Positions 37,117-46,269 are shown, counted from the stretch's first letter. The stretch is 64,000 bases of DNA from Candidatus Lustribacter sp. (GCA_965277805.1 OZ255842.1:4992001-5056000); one strand, 5' to 3'. Program-made: numbers and translations. The notes: generated by a model not told the origin, from the sequence alone.

Positions 37117-39939
37117 GTGCAAAAACTCTCTCGCATCATCGGTATCGTGATGCTCGCGGTGATGATCGGTCAGCCGATCGCCGTCATCCCGGCCTTCGCT
37201 CAGGAAACCGCCACCCTGTCGGGCGTCGTTCTCGACGCGGCGAGTAACCCGATCGCGGGCGCGACGATCATTATCAGCGGCCCGGCGACGGTTACGACGA
37301 AATCCGATACCGACGGACACTACACGGCGACCGTGCCCGAAGGCATCTACCGGATTCTCGTCCGCTCGGCCGGCTATTCCGACTCGACCGATGACGGCGT
37401 CACGGTGACGGCGGACGGGTTGAAGCTCGACGTGCGCCTGGCCCGGCCGACGCTCTCGAGCTTGCAGACGATCGGCACCGTGCGCAGCGCCGGCGGTCAG
37501 GGCGGCGGCCCGGCGTTCAACCCGACGGCGGTCGCGCAGAGCAACATCGGCGCGCCGACCTTTGAGAACCAGGGCGACGTCGGCGTGCGCGATATCCTCG
37601 ATGAAACGCCCGGTATCGTTGATTCAGCTTCCAACGGCTCGGCCAACGGCGGCGTGCGCGGTGCGATCACGTACCCCACGATTCGCGGCGGCCTCTCGTA
37701 CGAAACGGCATCGCTGATCGACGGCCACCCGGTCTCGGTCGGTAAATTCGGCGACTACGTCACGACGTTCCTCAACCGCTACATGTTCGAGTCGATCGAG
37801 GTCGCAAAGGGCCCCGGCTCAATGCCCAACCAGATCACGCGTTCGGTCAACGGTACCGTGAACTTCAAAACGTGGGATCCGACGCGCGACCTGAGCGGCA
37901 ACGCAGAATTCGGTGTCGACGGCTTCGGGGGCAAGTACGGCACCTTCCGCGTTTCCGACACCGTGCTCAACGGCAAGCTCGGCTTCGTGGTCGCGTACGC
38001 CGGTGAAGGTACGCCCGGCGCGGCCGGCGTCGCCAATCCCAGCGACTTCATCGCAGCGCTGAGCAACGTGAGCTACACCAATTCAGCCGGAGTGCCGGTG
38101 ACGGTCGGCGGCACGACGGCAACCCATCCGCCGAATGCATTCAACACGACGGCGACCAGCCAGACCACCAGCACGATCGGCTGCTGTATCTCAATGCCGA
38201 CGTTCTACCATAACAACAGCGAACTCGCCAAACTGCGGTTCAATTTCTCCGACGTCACGTCGTTTACGGCCACGATGCTCGCGAGCCAAACGACCGCCTC
38301 GCAAAACGGCAACGTCCAGAACCTCAACAACGTCAACTTTACCCCGGCGATTCCGAATGCGTCGATCGCGAGCGGCCATCAGCTTGCGTTCTTCCCGTTC
38401 AACGACAACTTCGCCCAAGATTACGAAGTCAACAACGAGCCGTTCTTCTCCGGCGAGTTGCGTACGCAGTGGAAGAACGACAACATCCTGGGGCGCTTTT
38501 ACAGCGCGTCGATCAACCGGCTGCAGACAAATGGCGATCCGACCAACACACCTTTCTCGCTGCCGGTATACCTCTACGGTACCGATGCGGCGGGCGCGCC
38601 CCTCAACGGCGTCGACTCCTTCGGTAATCCCTACATCGCGACGATCTCGAGCCCGCTCTTCACGACCGACGAGCAGGACAACCTGATCGGCTATACGTTC
38701 GAATACGATCACTCGCTCGGCACTTCCGGAAACGTTATCTCGTTCGCGGTCGACGAGAACTATTCGTGGACGCACGTGTACACGCCGGGTATGCCCGACT
38801 CGTCGAGCACGAGCAACATTCCGGCCGGTTCCGCGCAGAACACCGGCACCTATTCGCTGAAGGGAAATTTTCAGATCGGCTCGCGCCTCACGGCGACCGC
38901 AGCGTACTATATGACGCGGTTCGACACGCATTATCCGATCTTTACCGGTGGGGCCAACACGATCTCGTTCAACGACAACATCTTCTGGCATGACGACGAA
39001 CGGCTCGGCCTCGCATATCGGATCAACCACGATGCAAGCCTGCGCTTCTCGGCCGGCTCCGCGCTCGTGCCGCCCTTCCTCGGCATCCTCGCGGGCGCGG
39101 CCGGAAACCCGGCGCTATGCACGGCATCGACGTGTCCGGCGGGTATTCAGCCCGGGGCCGCGGCCGTCAACTCCGTGGGCGGCGTCAACGTCGTGCCTGA
39201 GACATCGTTTGGTTACGACCTCGGTGCGGATTGGCGCCTGGGATCCTACATGCCCGACACCGTCGTCAGCGGCGATGTCTACCTCACGAACCTGCATAAC
39301 CAGTTCTTGAAGTCGATCTTCCCGAACGGCACCGTCCCGCTAGGACCGGGCGGGGCGGCGATTCCGCTCTACACGACGGCGTTCGGTAACCTCGCCGACG
39401 CGCGGTATGAAGGCATCGAGCTCAAGATCGAACACGCGCCGCGGACGGGTGTCGGTTACGCCGTCCAAGGCGCGCTGCTGCGCGGTTACCCGTATAACGT
39501 TCCGCCGAGCATCTATCAGTTCAACGCCGCCGGCCAGGCGACGTCGAACGCCAGCGTTGTTTCGGGCGTGAACTTCGGCCCGACGACGTTGCTCTCATCG
39601 GGCGGTTCGGCGATTCCGTACTCGCAGGGTTACGTGGAACTCAACTACCACGCGAACGGCGGCTGGTATGCCAACGCCGGCATGATCTACTACGGCCCGA
39701 ACAACACGTTCAACGAGCCGGCCTTCGAGATCACGCGCGGCACGATTCGGGTTCCGCTCCACAACAAGAACTCGTACGTTCAGCTCGCGGTCGACAACAT
39801 CTTCAACATCAACGCGGAGATCTTCGACGTCGCGGGTTCGGGCGTCGTGAGCCCGGCCATCAACGGCCAGTTCGTCACGACCAACCTCAAGGGCTACGGT
39901 CCGCGCAACATCCATTTGGTGCTCGCCCACAACTTCTAG
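37117..39939 (+). CDS. TonB-dependent-receptor-like outer membrane protein 3
   Basis: Signal peptide, carboxypeptidase-regulatory-like domain, ILDETPGI, IRGG, IDGHPV, IEVAKGP, GTVNF, PETS.GYDLG, C-terminal HNF. Confidence 0.85.
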   Translation: MQKLSRIIGIVMLAVMIGQPIAVIPAFAQETATLSGVVLDAASNPIAGATIIISGPATVTTKSDTDGHYTATVPEGIYRILVRSAGYSDSTDDGVTVTADGLKLDVRLARPTLSSLQTIGTVRSAGGQGGGPAFNPTAVAQSNIGAPTFENQGDVGVRDILDETPGIVDSASNGSANGGVRGAITYPTIRGGLSYETASLIDGHPVSVGKFGDYVTTFLNRYMFESIEVAKGPGSMPNQITRSVNGTVNFKTWDPTRDLSGNAEFGVDGFGGKYGTFRVSDTVLNGKLGFVVAYAGEGTPGAAGVANPSDFIAALSNVSYTNSAGVPVTVGGTTATHPPNAFNTTATSQTTSTIGCCISMPTFYHNNSELAKLRFNFSDVTSFTATMLASQTTASQNGNVQNLNNVNFTPAIPNASIASGHQLAFFPFNDNFAQDYEVNNEPFFSGELRTQWKNDNILGRFYSASINRLQTNGDPTNTPFSLPVYLYGTDAAGAPLNGVDSFGNPYIATISSPLFTTDEQDNLIGYTFEYDHSLGTSGNVISFAVDENYSWTHVYTPGMPDSSSTSNIPAGSAQNTGTYSLKGNFQIGSRLTATAAYYMTRFDTHYPIFTGGANTISFNDNIFWHDDERLGLAYRINHDASLRFSAGSALVPPFLGILAGAAGNPALCTASTCPAGIQPGAAAVNSVGGVNVVPETSFGYDLGADWRLGSYMPDTVVSGDVYLTNLHNQFLKSIFPNGTVPLGPGGAAIPLYTTAFGNLADARYEGIELKIEHAPRTGVGYAVQGALLRGYPYNVPPSIYQFNAAGQATSNASVVSGVNFGPTTLLSSGGSAIPYSQGYVELNYHANGGWYANAGMIYYGPNNTFNEPAFEITRGTIRVPLHNKNSYVQLAVDNIFNINAEIFDVAGSGVVSPAINGQFVTTNLKGYGPRNIHLVLAHNF

Positions 39940-39951
39940 ACGGGCGTCGCC

Positions 39952-39990
39952 GAAAAGAAGAAGAGACGGTCTCGCGACCGTCTCTTTTTT
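39952..39990. terminator. Bidirectional intrinsic terminator
   Basis: AAGAGACGGTC-tcgc-GACCGTCTCTTTTTT between convergent genes. Confidence 0.85.
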
Positions 39991-40009
39991 CGCGCTTTGC
40001 TCTCAGCGT

Positions 40010-40363
40010 TTAATGCAGCTGGATCGTCGGCTTGACGCTCGTACCGCTGAACGCTTCTTCGAGCACGGTTTGCAGCTCGCCGTTTTGCGCCATCGGCGCG
40101 AGGATGTCCGTGTCGCCGAAGAACTGGCCTTTGATGAACACCTTGGGCAGCGTCGGCCAGTCGGTCATTTCGGCCAGGGCCGCGCGCTTGGGCATGTTCT
40201 CGAGCACGTTCACCACTTCGAACGGGTAGCCGAAGTGATTGAAGAACTGGATCGTCTCGAGCGTGAAGCCGCACAACGGCGCGTCTTTGGTGCCTTTGCC
40301 GTAGACGAGAATGGTGTTGTCGGCGATTTCACGTTCGATCTCGCTGCGGATCGGGTCGGACAT
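40010..40363 (-). CDS. grxD: Monothiol glutaredoxin (Grx4 type)
   Basis: KGT...P.CGFT, WPT.P.VFI.G.F.G..D; adjacent to bolA. Confidence 0.88.
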   Translation of the reverse strand: MSDPIRSEIEREIADNTILVYGKGTKDAPLCGFTLETIQFFNHFGYPFEVVNVLENMPKRAALAEMTDWPTLPKVFIKGQFFGDTDILAPMAQNGELQTVLEEAFSGTSVKPTIQLH

Positions 40364-40600
40364 TTAAGTCTCCAGTAGGTCGGTGCGAATGGCCAAGGCG
40401 TGGATGCGCCCATCGTCGCGTGCCGGTTTGAGCGTCTTCTCGACCAGCCGGTGCCGGTCGAGGAGCGACTTCCCCGCAAACGCGTTCGACCGTATCAACA
40501 CATCGAAATGGTCCATGGTGCCGGTCCGGTCCCAGATCTGGACCTCGGCGTCGGGCAGGGCTGCGCGGATCATGGCGACCATCGTCGCTTCCTCGATCAT
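40364..40600 (-). CDS. BolA/IbaG family protein
   Basis: DHF.V.I.S.AFAGKSLLDRHRLV...IHAL.I.T. Confidence 0.9.
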   Translation of the reverse strand: MIEEATMVAMIRAALPDAEVQIWDRTGTMDHFDVLIRSNAFAGKSLLDRHRLVEKTLKPARDDGRIHALAIRTDLLET

Positions 40601-40605
40601 ATGCC

Positions 40606-40827
40606 CTAGGGTTTGAGGGTGCGGGCATCGCGACCCGCATCGACCAGGTTCTTGAGCTCGCGGATCGTCTCCGGAAGCATGGGGGCGATCGTCCGGAACG
40701 AGCGCGCCACGCCCGTCGCCAGCACGATGCTCGCTACGCCGAAGAGGATCGCCGGGACGCCCATGGCGCGGACGCGCCCGATTCGCAGCCGTGAGGCCCG
40801 CAAAACGCGCGCCGCATCGAATTCCAT
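40606..40827 (-). CDS. Small hypothetical membrane protein (73 aa)
   Basis: ATG ORF upstream of bolA with one hydrophobic segment (GVPAILFGVASIVLATGVA). Confidence 0.5.
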   Translation of the reverse strand: MEFDAARVLRASRLRIGRVRAMGVPAILFGVASIVLATGVARSFRTIAPMLPETIRELKNLVDAGRDARTLKP

Positions 40828-40866
40828 AGCGGCGGGTGCGTCGGGGCGGCCTGCGAATCCTCGCGC

Positions 40867-42480
40867 ATGACGAAAACGGATGCTTTCCGATGGGACGTGC
40901 CGGCGGCATTCAATTTCACGCGCGACGTGATCGACACGCTCGCGGCGAGCGACCGGCGCGGCTTGCTCTTCGTCGATGCCGCCGGGGTGCGGCACGAGTA
41001 TACGTTCGCTGAGATTGCCGATCTGTCGGGGCGCTGGGCGGCGGCGCTGCGCGACCAAGGCATCGGTCACGGCGATCACGTGATCGTGGTTTTGCCGAAG
41101 ACGCCGCAGTGGCTGTTCGCTATGCTCGCGCTGCTGCGTTTGGGCGCGGTGGCGATTCCGGGCGCGGAACAGCTGCGGGCCAAGGACTTGCTCTATCGCG
41201 CCGTGCACGGCGACGCGACGGCGGTGATCGCGCAACTCGCCAATGCCGATGAAGTCGACGCAATCCGCGCGCAGGCGCCCAACGTGATGCGCTATCTCCT
41301 CGTCGGCGGCGAGTGCGAGGGCTGGACGGCGATGCACCCGCTCGTTGCGAGCGCGCAGTTCTTCGCCGGCCATCCGACGGCCGCGACCGACGATGCGTAC
41401 ATCGTCTACACCAGCGGCACGACGAAGGATCCCAAAGGCGTGGTGCACCGCGTTGCGTACACGTTCGCGAAGCGCTCGCAAGCGGCGATCTGGTTCGATT
41501 GCACGCCGGACGATCTCGTATGGAGCACGGCCGGTACGGGCTGGGCGAAGTCGCTGTGGAACGTGCTGCTCGGACCGTGGTCGTGCGGGTCGTGCATCGT
41601 GCTGCACGAAGGCGCATTCGTACCCGAAGAGCGCATGAACCTCATTCGCGACCTCGAGGTCACGGTGCTGTGCCAAGCGCCGACCGAGTACCGGCTCGAA
41701 GCGAAGCTGCCCGACCTCGGCACGCGCTGGAAGCTGCCGAAGCTGCGCCACTGCGTCTCGGCCGGCGAGCCGCTCAATCCCGAGGTGCTCGCGCGCTGGC
41801 GCGATGCGTTCGGGCTGACGATTCTCGACGGCTACGGTCAAACCGAGAACTCGCTGCTCGTTGCGAACGTGCGCGGCATGGACGTGCGGCCGGGCTCGAT
41901 GGGCAAGCCCACGCCGGGGCACGACGTCGCGGTGATCGACGCCGAGGGCAATCCCTGCGAAATCGGCGTGGTCGGCGACATCGCGCTGCGCGGCGCGCCG
42001 CCGACGCAATTCACCGGCTACTACAAGAACGACGAGGAGACGCGCGCGGCGCACCGCGGCGAGTGGTACCTCACCGGCGATCGCGCGCAGCTCGACGACG
42101 ACGGCTACTTCTGGTTCGTCGGCCGTTCGGACGACGTGATCTCATCGGGCGCGTATCGCATCGGGCCATTCGAAGTGGAGAGCGCGCTGCTCGAGCATCC
42201 GGCCGTGCTCGAATCCGCCGTCGTCGGATCGCCCGACGCGGATCGCGGCAACGTCGTCAAAGCGTTCGTCGTGCTGCGTCCGGGTTATAGCGGCGACGCG
42301 GCGCTGGTGCGCGAACTGCAGGATCATTGCAAGCGCGTGACCGCGCCGTACAAGTACCCGCGCGAAATCGAGTTCATCGACGAACTTCCGAAGACGCGCT
42401 CGGGTAAGATCCGGCGGATCGAATTGCGCCAAGCGGAATTGTTCAAAAAAGGCGCCACCGCCGCCAGCGGTTTCGTGTAA
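40867..42480 (+). CDS. Acyl-CoA synthetase (medium-chain ACSM-like)
   Basis: YTSGTT..PKGV.H, SAGEPLNP, DGYGQTE, YLTGD, GRSDDVI, PKTRSGKI. Confidence 0.93.
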   Translation: MTKTDAFRWDVPAAFNFTRDVIDTLAASDRRGLLFVDAAGVRHEYTFAEIADLSGRWAAALRDQGIGHGDHVIVVLPKTPQWLFAMLALLRLGAVAIPGAEQLRAKDLLYRAVHGDATAVIAQLANADEVDAIRAQAPNVMRYLLVGGECEGWTAMHPLVASAQFFAGHPTAATDDAYIVYTSGTTKDPKGVVHRVAYTFAKRSQAAIWFDCTPDDLVWSTAGTGWAKSLWNVLLGPWSCGSCIVLHEGAFVPEERMNLIRDLEVTVLCQAPTEYRLEAKLPDLGTRWKLPKLRHCVSAGEPLNPEVLARWRDAFGLTILDGYGQTENSLLVANVRGMDVRPGSMGKPTPGHDVAVIDAEGNPCEIGVVGDIALRGAPPTQFTGYYKNDEETRAAHRGEWYLTGDRAQLDDDGYFWFVGRSDDVISSGAYRIGPFEVESALLEHPAVLESAVVGSPDADRGNVVKAFVVLRPGYSGDAALVRELQDHCKRVTAPYKYPREIEFIDELPKTRSGKIRRIELRQAELFKKGATAASGFV

Positions 42481-42489
42481 GGAGCCCGT

Positions 42490-43497
42490 ATGAAGGCGAT
42501 CGTTTTACGCGAACTGGGCGGCCCCTCGAAGTTGCACGTCGAGGAGTTCGAAACGCCGGTGGCCGGGCCGGGGGAGATGTTGATCGCGGTAAACTTCGCG
42601 GCGTTCAACCGCCGCGACGTGTTCATCACGCACGGTCAGTATCCGGGGATCGTGCTGCCCGTGATTCCGGGCTCCGACGGCTGCGGCGTTGTGGCCGCGC
42701 ATGGACCGGACGCCGCCGGTCCGCCCGTCGGTGCGAGCGTGGTGATCAACCCGATGTTCGGCTGGGGCAACAATCCGCGCGTCTGGAATGCCGATAGCAA
42801 CCTGCTCGGCATGCCGCGGCACGGCACGTTTGCCGAATACGTGACGGCGCCGGCGGAAAACGTGCACCTGCGACCCGCGCGCTTGAGCGAACAGCAAGCC
42901 GCAGCGATTCCGCTCGGCGGCCTGACTGCGTATCGCGCAGTCTTCACGCGCGGTCAGTGCACGCAGGACGACGTCGTGCTGTTGCCCGGAATCGGCGGCG
43001 GCGTGCAGACGCTCGCGCTGCTTTTTGCGAAATCGGTGGGCGCACGCGTGATCGTGACGTCGTCGAGCGATGCGAAACTCGAGCGTGCCAAGGCGCTCGG
43101 CGCCGATGTTGCTATCAACTACAAAACGAGCGAGAACTGGTCGAAGGACGTGCGCGCGGCGAGCAACGGCGGCCCGACGCTGATCGTCGATTCGGTCGGC
43201 GGCGAAACGTTCGCCAAAGCGCTCGACATCGCACGCCCCGGCGCCCGCGTCGTGATGTACGGCGGCACGACCGGCGACGCGAAAATCCGCCCGTTCTCCG
43301 TTTTCTGGAAACAACTCGACATCCTCGGCACCTCAATGGGCAGCCCCGCCGACTTTGCCGCCATGCTCAAGCTCTTCACCGACACAACGATCGAGCCGGC
43401 CATCGACGAAGTCGTCCCCCTCACCGAAGTCCCCGCCGCCGCCCAACGCATCCTAGACGCCGAGCAATTCGGCAAAGTCGTGGTCTCAATCCACTAA
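42490..43497 (+). CDS. MDR-family NAD(P)H quinone oxidoreductase/alcohol dehydrogenase-like
   Basis: NRRD, PGSDG.G, GTFAEY, LTAYRA, GIGGGV, FGKVV. Confidence 0.9.
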   Translation: MKAIVLRELGGPSKLHVEEFETPVAGPGEMLIAVNFAAFNRRDVFITHGQYPGIVLPVIPGSDGCGVVAAHGPDAAGPPVGASVVINPMFGWGNNPRVWNADSNLLGMPRHGTFAEYVTAPAENVHLRPARLSEQQAAAIPLGGLTAYRAVFTRGQCTQDDVVLLPGIGGGVQTLALLFAKSVGARVIVTSSSDAKLERAKALGADVAINYKTSENWSKDVRAASNGGPTLIVDSVGGETFAKALDIARPGARVVMYGGTTGDAKIRPFSVFWKQLDILGTSMGSPADFAAMLKLFTDTTIEPAIDEVVPLTEVPAAAQRILDAEQFGKVVVSIH

Positions 43498-43545
43498 GCG
43501 CGCCCGCGAATTGTCATTAGCGGCAACGTCATTGGACGTGCGCTG

Positions 43546-44478
43546 CTATGGGGAGAGGGCGTACTTGACGAGGCGTGGGGGTTCGGTAGTGAAGCCGAGT
43601 TCGGCGGTGACGACGGCGAGGTCGCGTTCGTGGACGATGCGGCGCAGGTCGGGGGCGAGCAGGGCGTGTTGTTCGGGGGTGAGTTCGGCGTCGAGCGGCG
43701 TGGCGGTGATGCGGCCCTCGCGTTCGAGCGCGATCAGGTAGGCGAGGACCTGGCGAGCCGCGGCGGGCCACAGGCGGCGGTCGACGTCGCGGTAGATCGC
43801 GGCGACCATGTCGGGAATGTTTGCCGGTCCGGCGGCGAGGATCGCGAGGATCTCCGCTTCGCGGCGTTCGCGGTGCGCGATGTACTCGTCGATCTTCGCG
43901 CGTGCGTCGTGCATTTCGGGCCCGTGGCCGCCGTAGATCACCGATGCATCGGCGTACTCGTCGCGCAGCCGGTGCAGCGTGCGCTGGTAGACGCGCATGT
44001 CGCCGTTGGGCGGTGCGATCGCGACCGTGCCGGTACCGATGATCACGTCGCCGGTGAAGAGCGCGCGCTCGCCTTCGAGGACGTAGACGAGATGATCGCG
44101 CGCGTGTCCGGGCGTGTGCAGCGCGAGCAGCGATGCGTTGCCGGCGCGCACGCGTTCGCCCTCGGCGAGCTTACGATCGTGCGGGAAGAGCGCGCTCGTA
44201 TGCGCGTATACGGGCGCACCGGTCGCGCGCGACAGCGGCGCGGCGGCGGGATAGTGGTCGGGATGACCGTGCGTGATCAGGATGGCGTCGTAGTGCGCGC
44301 GGGCCGCATTCGCCGCGTCGACGAACGCGGCGATGTGTTCGGGCGCGTCGGGTCCGGGATCGATCGCGATCCACGCGCCGTCGCCGCCGTCGACGACGTA
44401 GCCGTTGGTGCCGTCGAGCGTCATCGCCGACGGATTAGGCGCGCGCAGCCGTGAGACGCGCGGGCCGACCGCTACCAC
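43546..44478 (-). CDS. Metallo-beta-lactamase-fold hydrolase (LACTB2-like)
   Basis: APNP..MT..GTN, THGHPDH, TPGH..DH, FTGD, GHG, Y..HR..RE. Confidence 0.9.
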   Translation of the reverse strand: MVAVGPRVSRLRAPNPSAMTLDGTNGYVVDGGDGAWIAIDPGPDAPEHIAAFVDAANAARAHYDAILITHGHPDHYPAAAPLSRATGAPVYAHTSALFPHDRKLAEGERVRAGNASLLALHTPGHARDHLVYVLEGERALFTGDVIIGTGTVAIAPPNGDMRVYQRTLHRLRDEYADASVIYGGHGPEMHDARAKIDEYIAHRERREAEILAILAAGPANIPDMVAAIYRDVDRRLWPAAARQVLAYLIALEREGRITATPLDAELTPEQHALLAPDLRRIVHERDLAVVTAELGFTTEPPRLVKYALSP

Positions 44479-45191
44479 GTATTCTCGAATTGCGGCGGCA
44501 GCGCATAGGTCGGTCCGGGCCGCACTTCCGGCGTTACGGGGATCGTCTTCTTCGTTTCGGTGTAGGCCAGCAGATCGTACACGTTCGCAAAACCGCCGAC
44601 GCGCTCGAGGTGCTTGATCGTCGGAAAGATCATCTGCACTTCGTTGCGCTCGACCTCGCCCAAAATGTCGGCCGGGCGCACCCAGCGCCCGTGGTAGGTC
44701 TCCAACTCGTCGGCTTCGGCGATCTGATCCTTCGGAGCGCGCGCGATGAAGAAGCGCGCATCGAAGCGGTGCGGGTTGACCGTCGGCGTGATCCAGCGCG
44801 AGAAGTAACGCACCGCGCGCGCATCGAGCCGCACGCCGAGGTCGATCAGCGTGTCGCTGAACGAGCGATCGCCCTTCAGCATTTTCGTGCGCGCTGCGCG
44901 CAACGCGCTCTGCTCAACCGGCTCGACCGAGAACAGCAACCCGCACTCTTCGAACGTCTCGCGAATCGCCGCGTACGTGAATGCCGGCTCGGCCGGCCGC
45001 CACTGACCCACCATTCGCATTCTCGCTTGCGGTGAGTAGTCGGCTTTGTCGACGGTGCCGCCCGGGAAGACGTAGGCGTCGGGAAATCCGGGCGCGGTGG
45101 AACCGCGCCGCAAAAGGTAGACCTCGATTCCCGCGTCCGTGTCGCGGCAGACGACGACGGTTGATGCATCGCGCGGGGAAGGCACACTCAC
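44472..45191 (-). CDS. NUDIX hydrolase (NUDT19-like)
   Basis: PRDASTV, VFPGG.VD..D, AAIRETFEECG, WITP, RFDARFF. Start uncertain. Confidence 0.85.
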   Translation of the reverse strand: MSVPSPRDASTVVVCRDTDAGIEVYLLRRGSTAPGFPDAYVFPGGTVDKADYSPQARMRMVGQWRPAEPAFTYAAIRETFEECGLLFSVEPVEQSALRAARTKMLKGDRSFSDTLIDLGVRLDARAVRYFSRWITPTVNPHRFDARFFIARAPKDQIAEADELETYHGRWVRPADILGEVERNEVQMIFPTIKHLERVGGFANVYDLLAYTETKKTIPVTPEVRPGPTYALPPQFENTW

Positions 45192-45207
45192 CCGACCCAC
45201 ATTCTGC

Positions 45208-45241
45208 AAAAAAAGAATGGACCCCGGTGGGAGCCCATTCT
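45208..45241 (-). terminator. Intrinsic terminator (minus strand)
   Basis: AGAAUGGGCUCC-cacc-GGGGUCCAUUCU followed by a U run on the minus strand. Confidence 0.8.
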
Positions 45242-45480
45242 CAAATCTTCTGGATTTGGTCGGTGCGCACTCGTAGCGTAGGCTACGAGTTCACGACCTT
45301 CGGTGGATCTTGCGGTTCCAAACTGGTACCGCCCTCCTTCCGCTGTCGATGAGTGTAGAGGCGTCGGACCTCACCAAAACGGCGAGCAAATCAGCCGTTT
45401 CGGTGCTCAGTACCCAGGTGGATCTTGCGACGTAGGCCGCCCTCCTTGGGTCGAATGTGCGGTGTGTGTACCTCGAGGTG
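45208..45480 (-). ncRNA. Candidate structured non-coding RNA or cis-regulatory leader (family not recognised)
   Basis: TACGAT -10 at 45491-45486, several hairpins, two copies of AAGGAGGGCGG-N-CGCAAGAUCCACC, and a terminator. Confidence 0.6.
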
Positions 45481-45585
45481 CACGCATCGTACACCCCCCG
45501 GGCGGGGGCCGCAATAGGGCAAAATCGCACCTACTTTTCCACCACATTATCCACCGGGCGGAAGCTTGATCGCGGAGGCCTCGGG

Positions 45586-46269
45586 GTGGCACCCGCAAAG
45601 AAGCCGTGGGTGAAGCCCGGTTTTGCGGTGCTGCTGCAGCGGCTTGAGGCGGCGCTCATTTTCGCCGTATCCTTCGCCATCGCGGCCTTCGTCGTCGCTA
45701 AAAAGCCCGAAGTCGAGCACCTCCTCGGCGTGCTGGGGTTCAGCCGTTTTCCGTTGGCGGTGCTGATCTTCGCGGTCGTGGCGTCGGCGCCGTTTTCCGT
45801 GACCGACGCGCTTGCCGTCATGAACGGCGTGATCTTCGGCCCGTGGCTCGGCTCGCTCGTCAACGCGGCCGGAATCGTCGTTGCGGCCATCATCGGCTAC
45901 GCCGTGGCGCTGCGCACCTCGAAGCTGCTCGACATCGAGGGCACCGTGCAGCGGCTGCCGGCCTGGGTGCGGCACTTCAAGATCGGCTCGCCGATGTTTC
46001 TGATCGTCGTGCGCATCATTCCGGGGCTCGGCGGAACGATCGCGACCCAAACGGCCGCGGCCCTGCGGGTGCCGCTCTGGCGTCAGATCTATACGATGTC
46101 CGCGATCGCGATCCCGATCTGCACGGCGCTGGCCCTCGGCGGCGACGCTCTCTCGAACTATATCGACGCCCGGTGGGAACAGGCGAGCGCCTACGCAGAA
46201 CGCCACCACGTGCACTTTCCGCATCGGCACCACGCCGTTCCGAGCCCGTCGCCGGCCGTCTCACCTTGA
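45586..46269 (+). CDS. VTT/TVP38 (DedA-superfamily) membrane protein
   Basis: NGVIFGPWLG...N..G...AA...Y and VRIIPG; GGAGG before GTG 45586. Confidence 0.75.
   Translation: MAPAKKPWVKPGFAVLLQRLEAALIFAVSFAIAAFVVAKKPEVEHLLGVLGFSRFPLAVLIFAVVASAPFSVTDALAVMNGVIFGPWLGSLVNAAGIVVAAIIGYAVALRTSKLLDIEGTVQRLPAWVRHFKIGSPMFLIVVRIIPGLGGTIATQTAAALRVPLWRQIYTMSAIAIPICTALALGGDALSNYIDARWEQASAYAERHHVHFPHRHHAVPSPSPAVSP

Noticed and set aside
28864-39990. TBDR island as a mobile element or prophage
   Set aside because: No integrase, transposase, tRNA target or flanking direct repeats; the lower GC can be explained by Thr/Asn/Ser/Tyr-rich proteins.
40010-40363. CGFT instead of CGFS in the monothiol glutaredoxin
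   Set aside because: A conservative substitution in an otherwise standard grxD-bolA pair.
45325-45342. T-box-like GGAGGGCGGUACC in the candidate ncRNA
   Set aside because: It has CGGU rather than the UGGN bulge needed to pair with tRNA NCCA, no Stem I features are visible, and the downstream genes are not amino-acid related.
45302-45447. Possible mini CRISPR array from the two repeats
   Set aside because: Only two copies with variable interiors, a 77-nt structured gap and no cas genes.
45291-45530. 79-aa minus-strand ORF across the structured region
   Set aside because: No motif or SD, and the repeated element falls in different reading frames, which favours RNA-level constraint.
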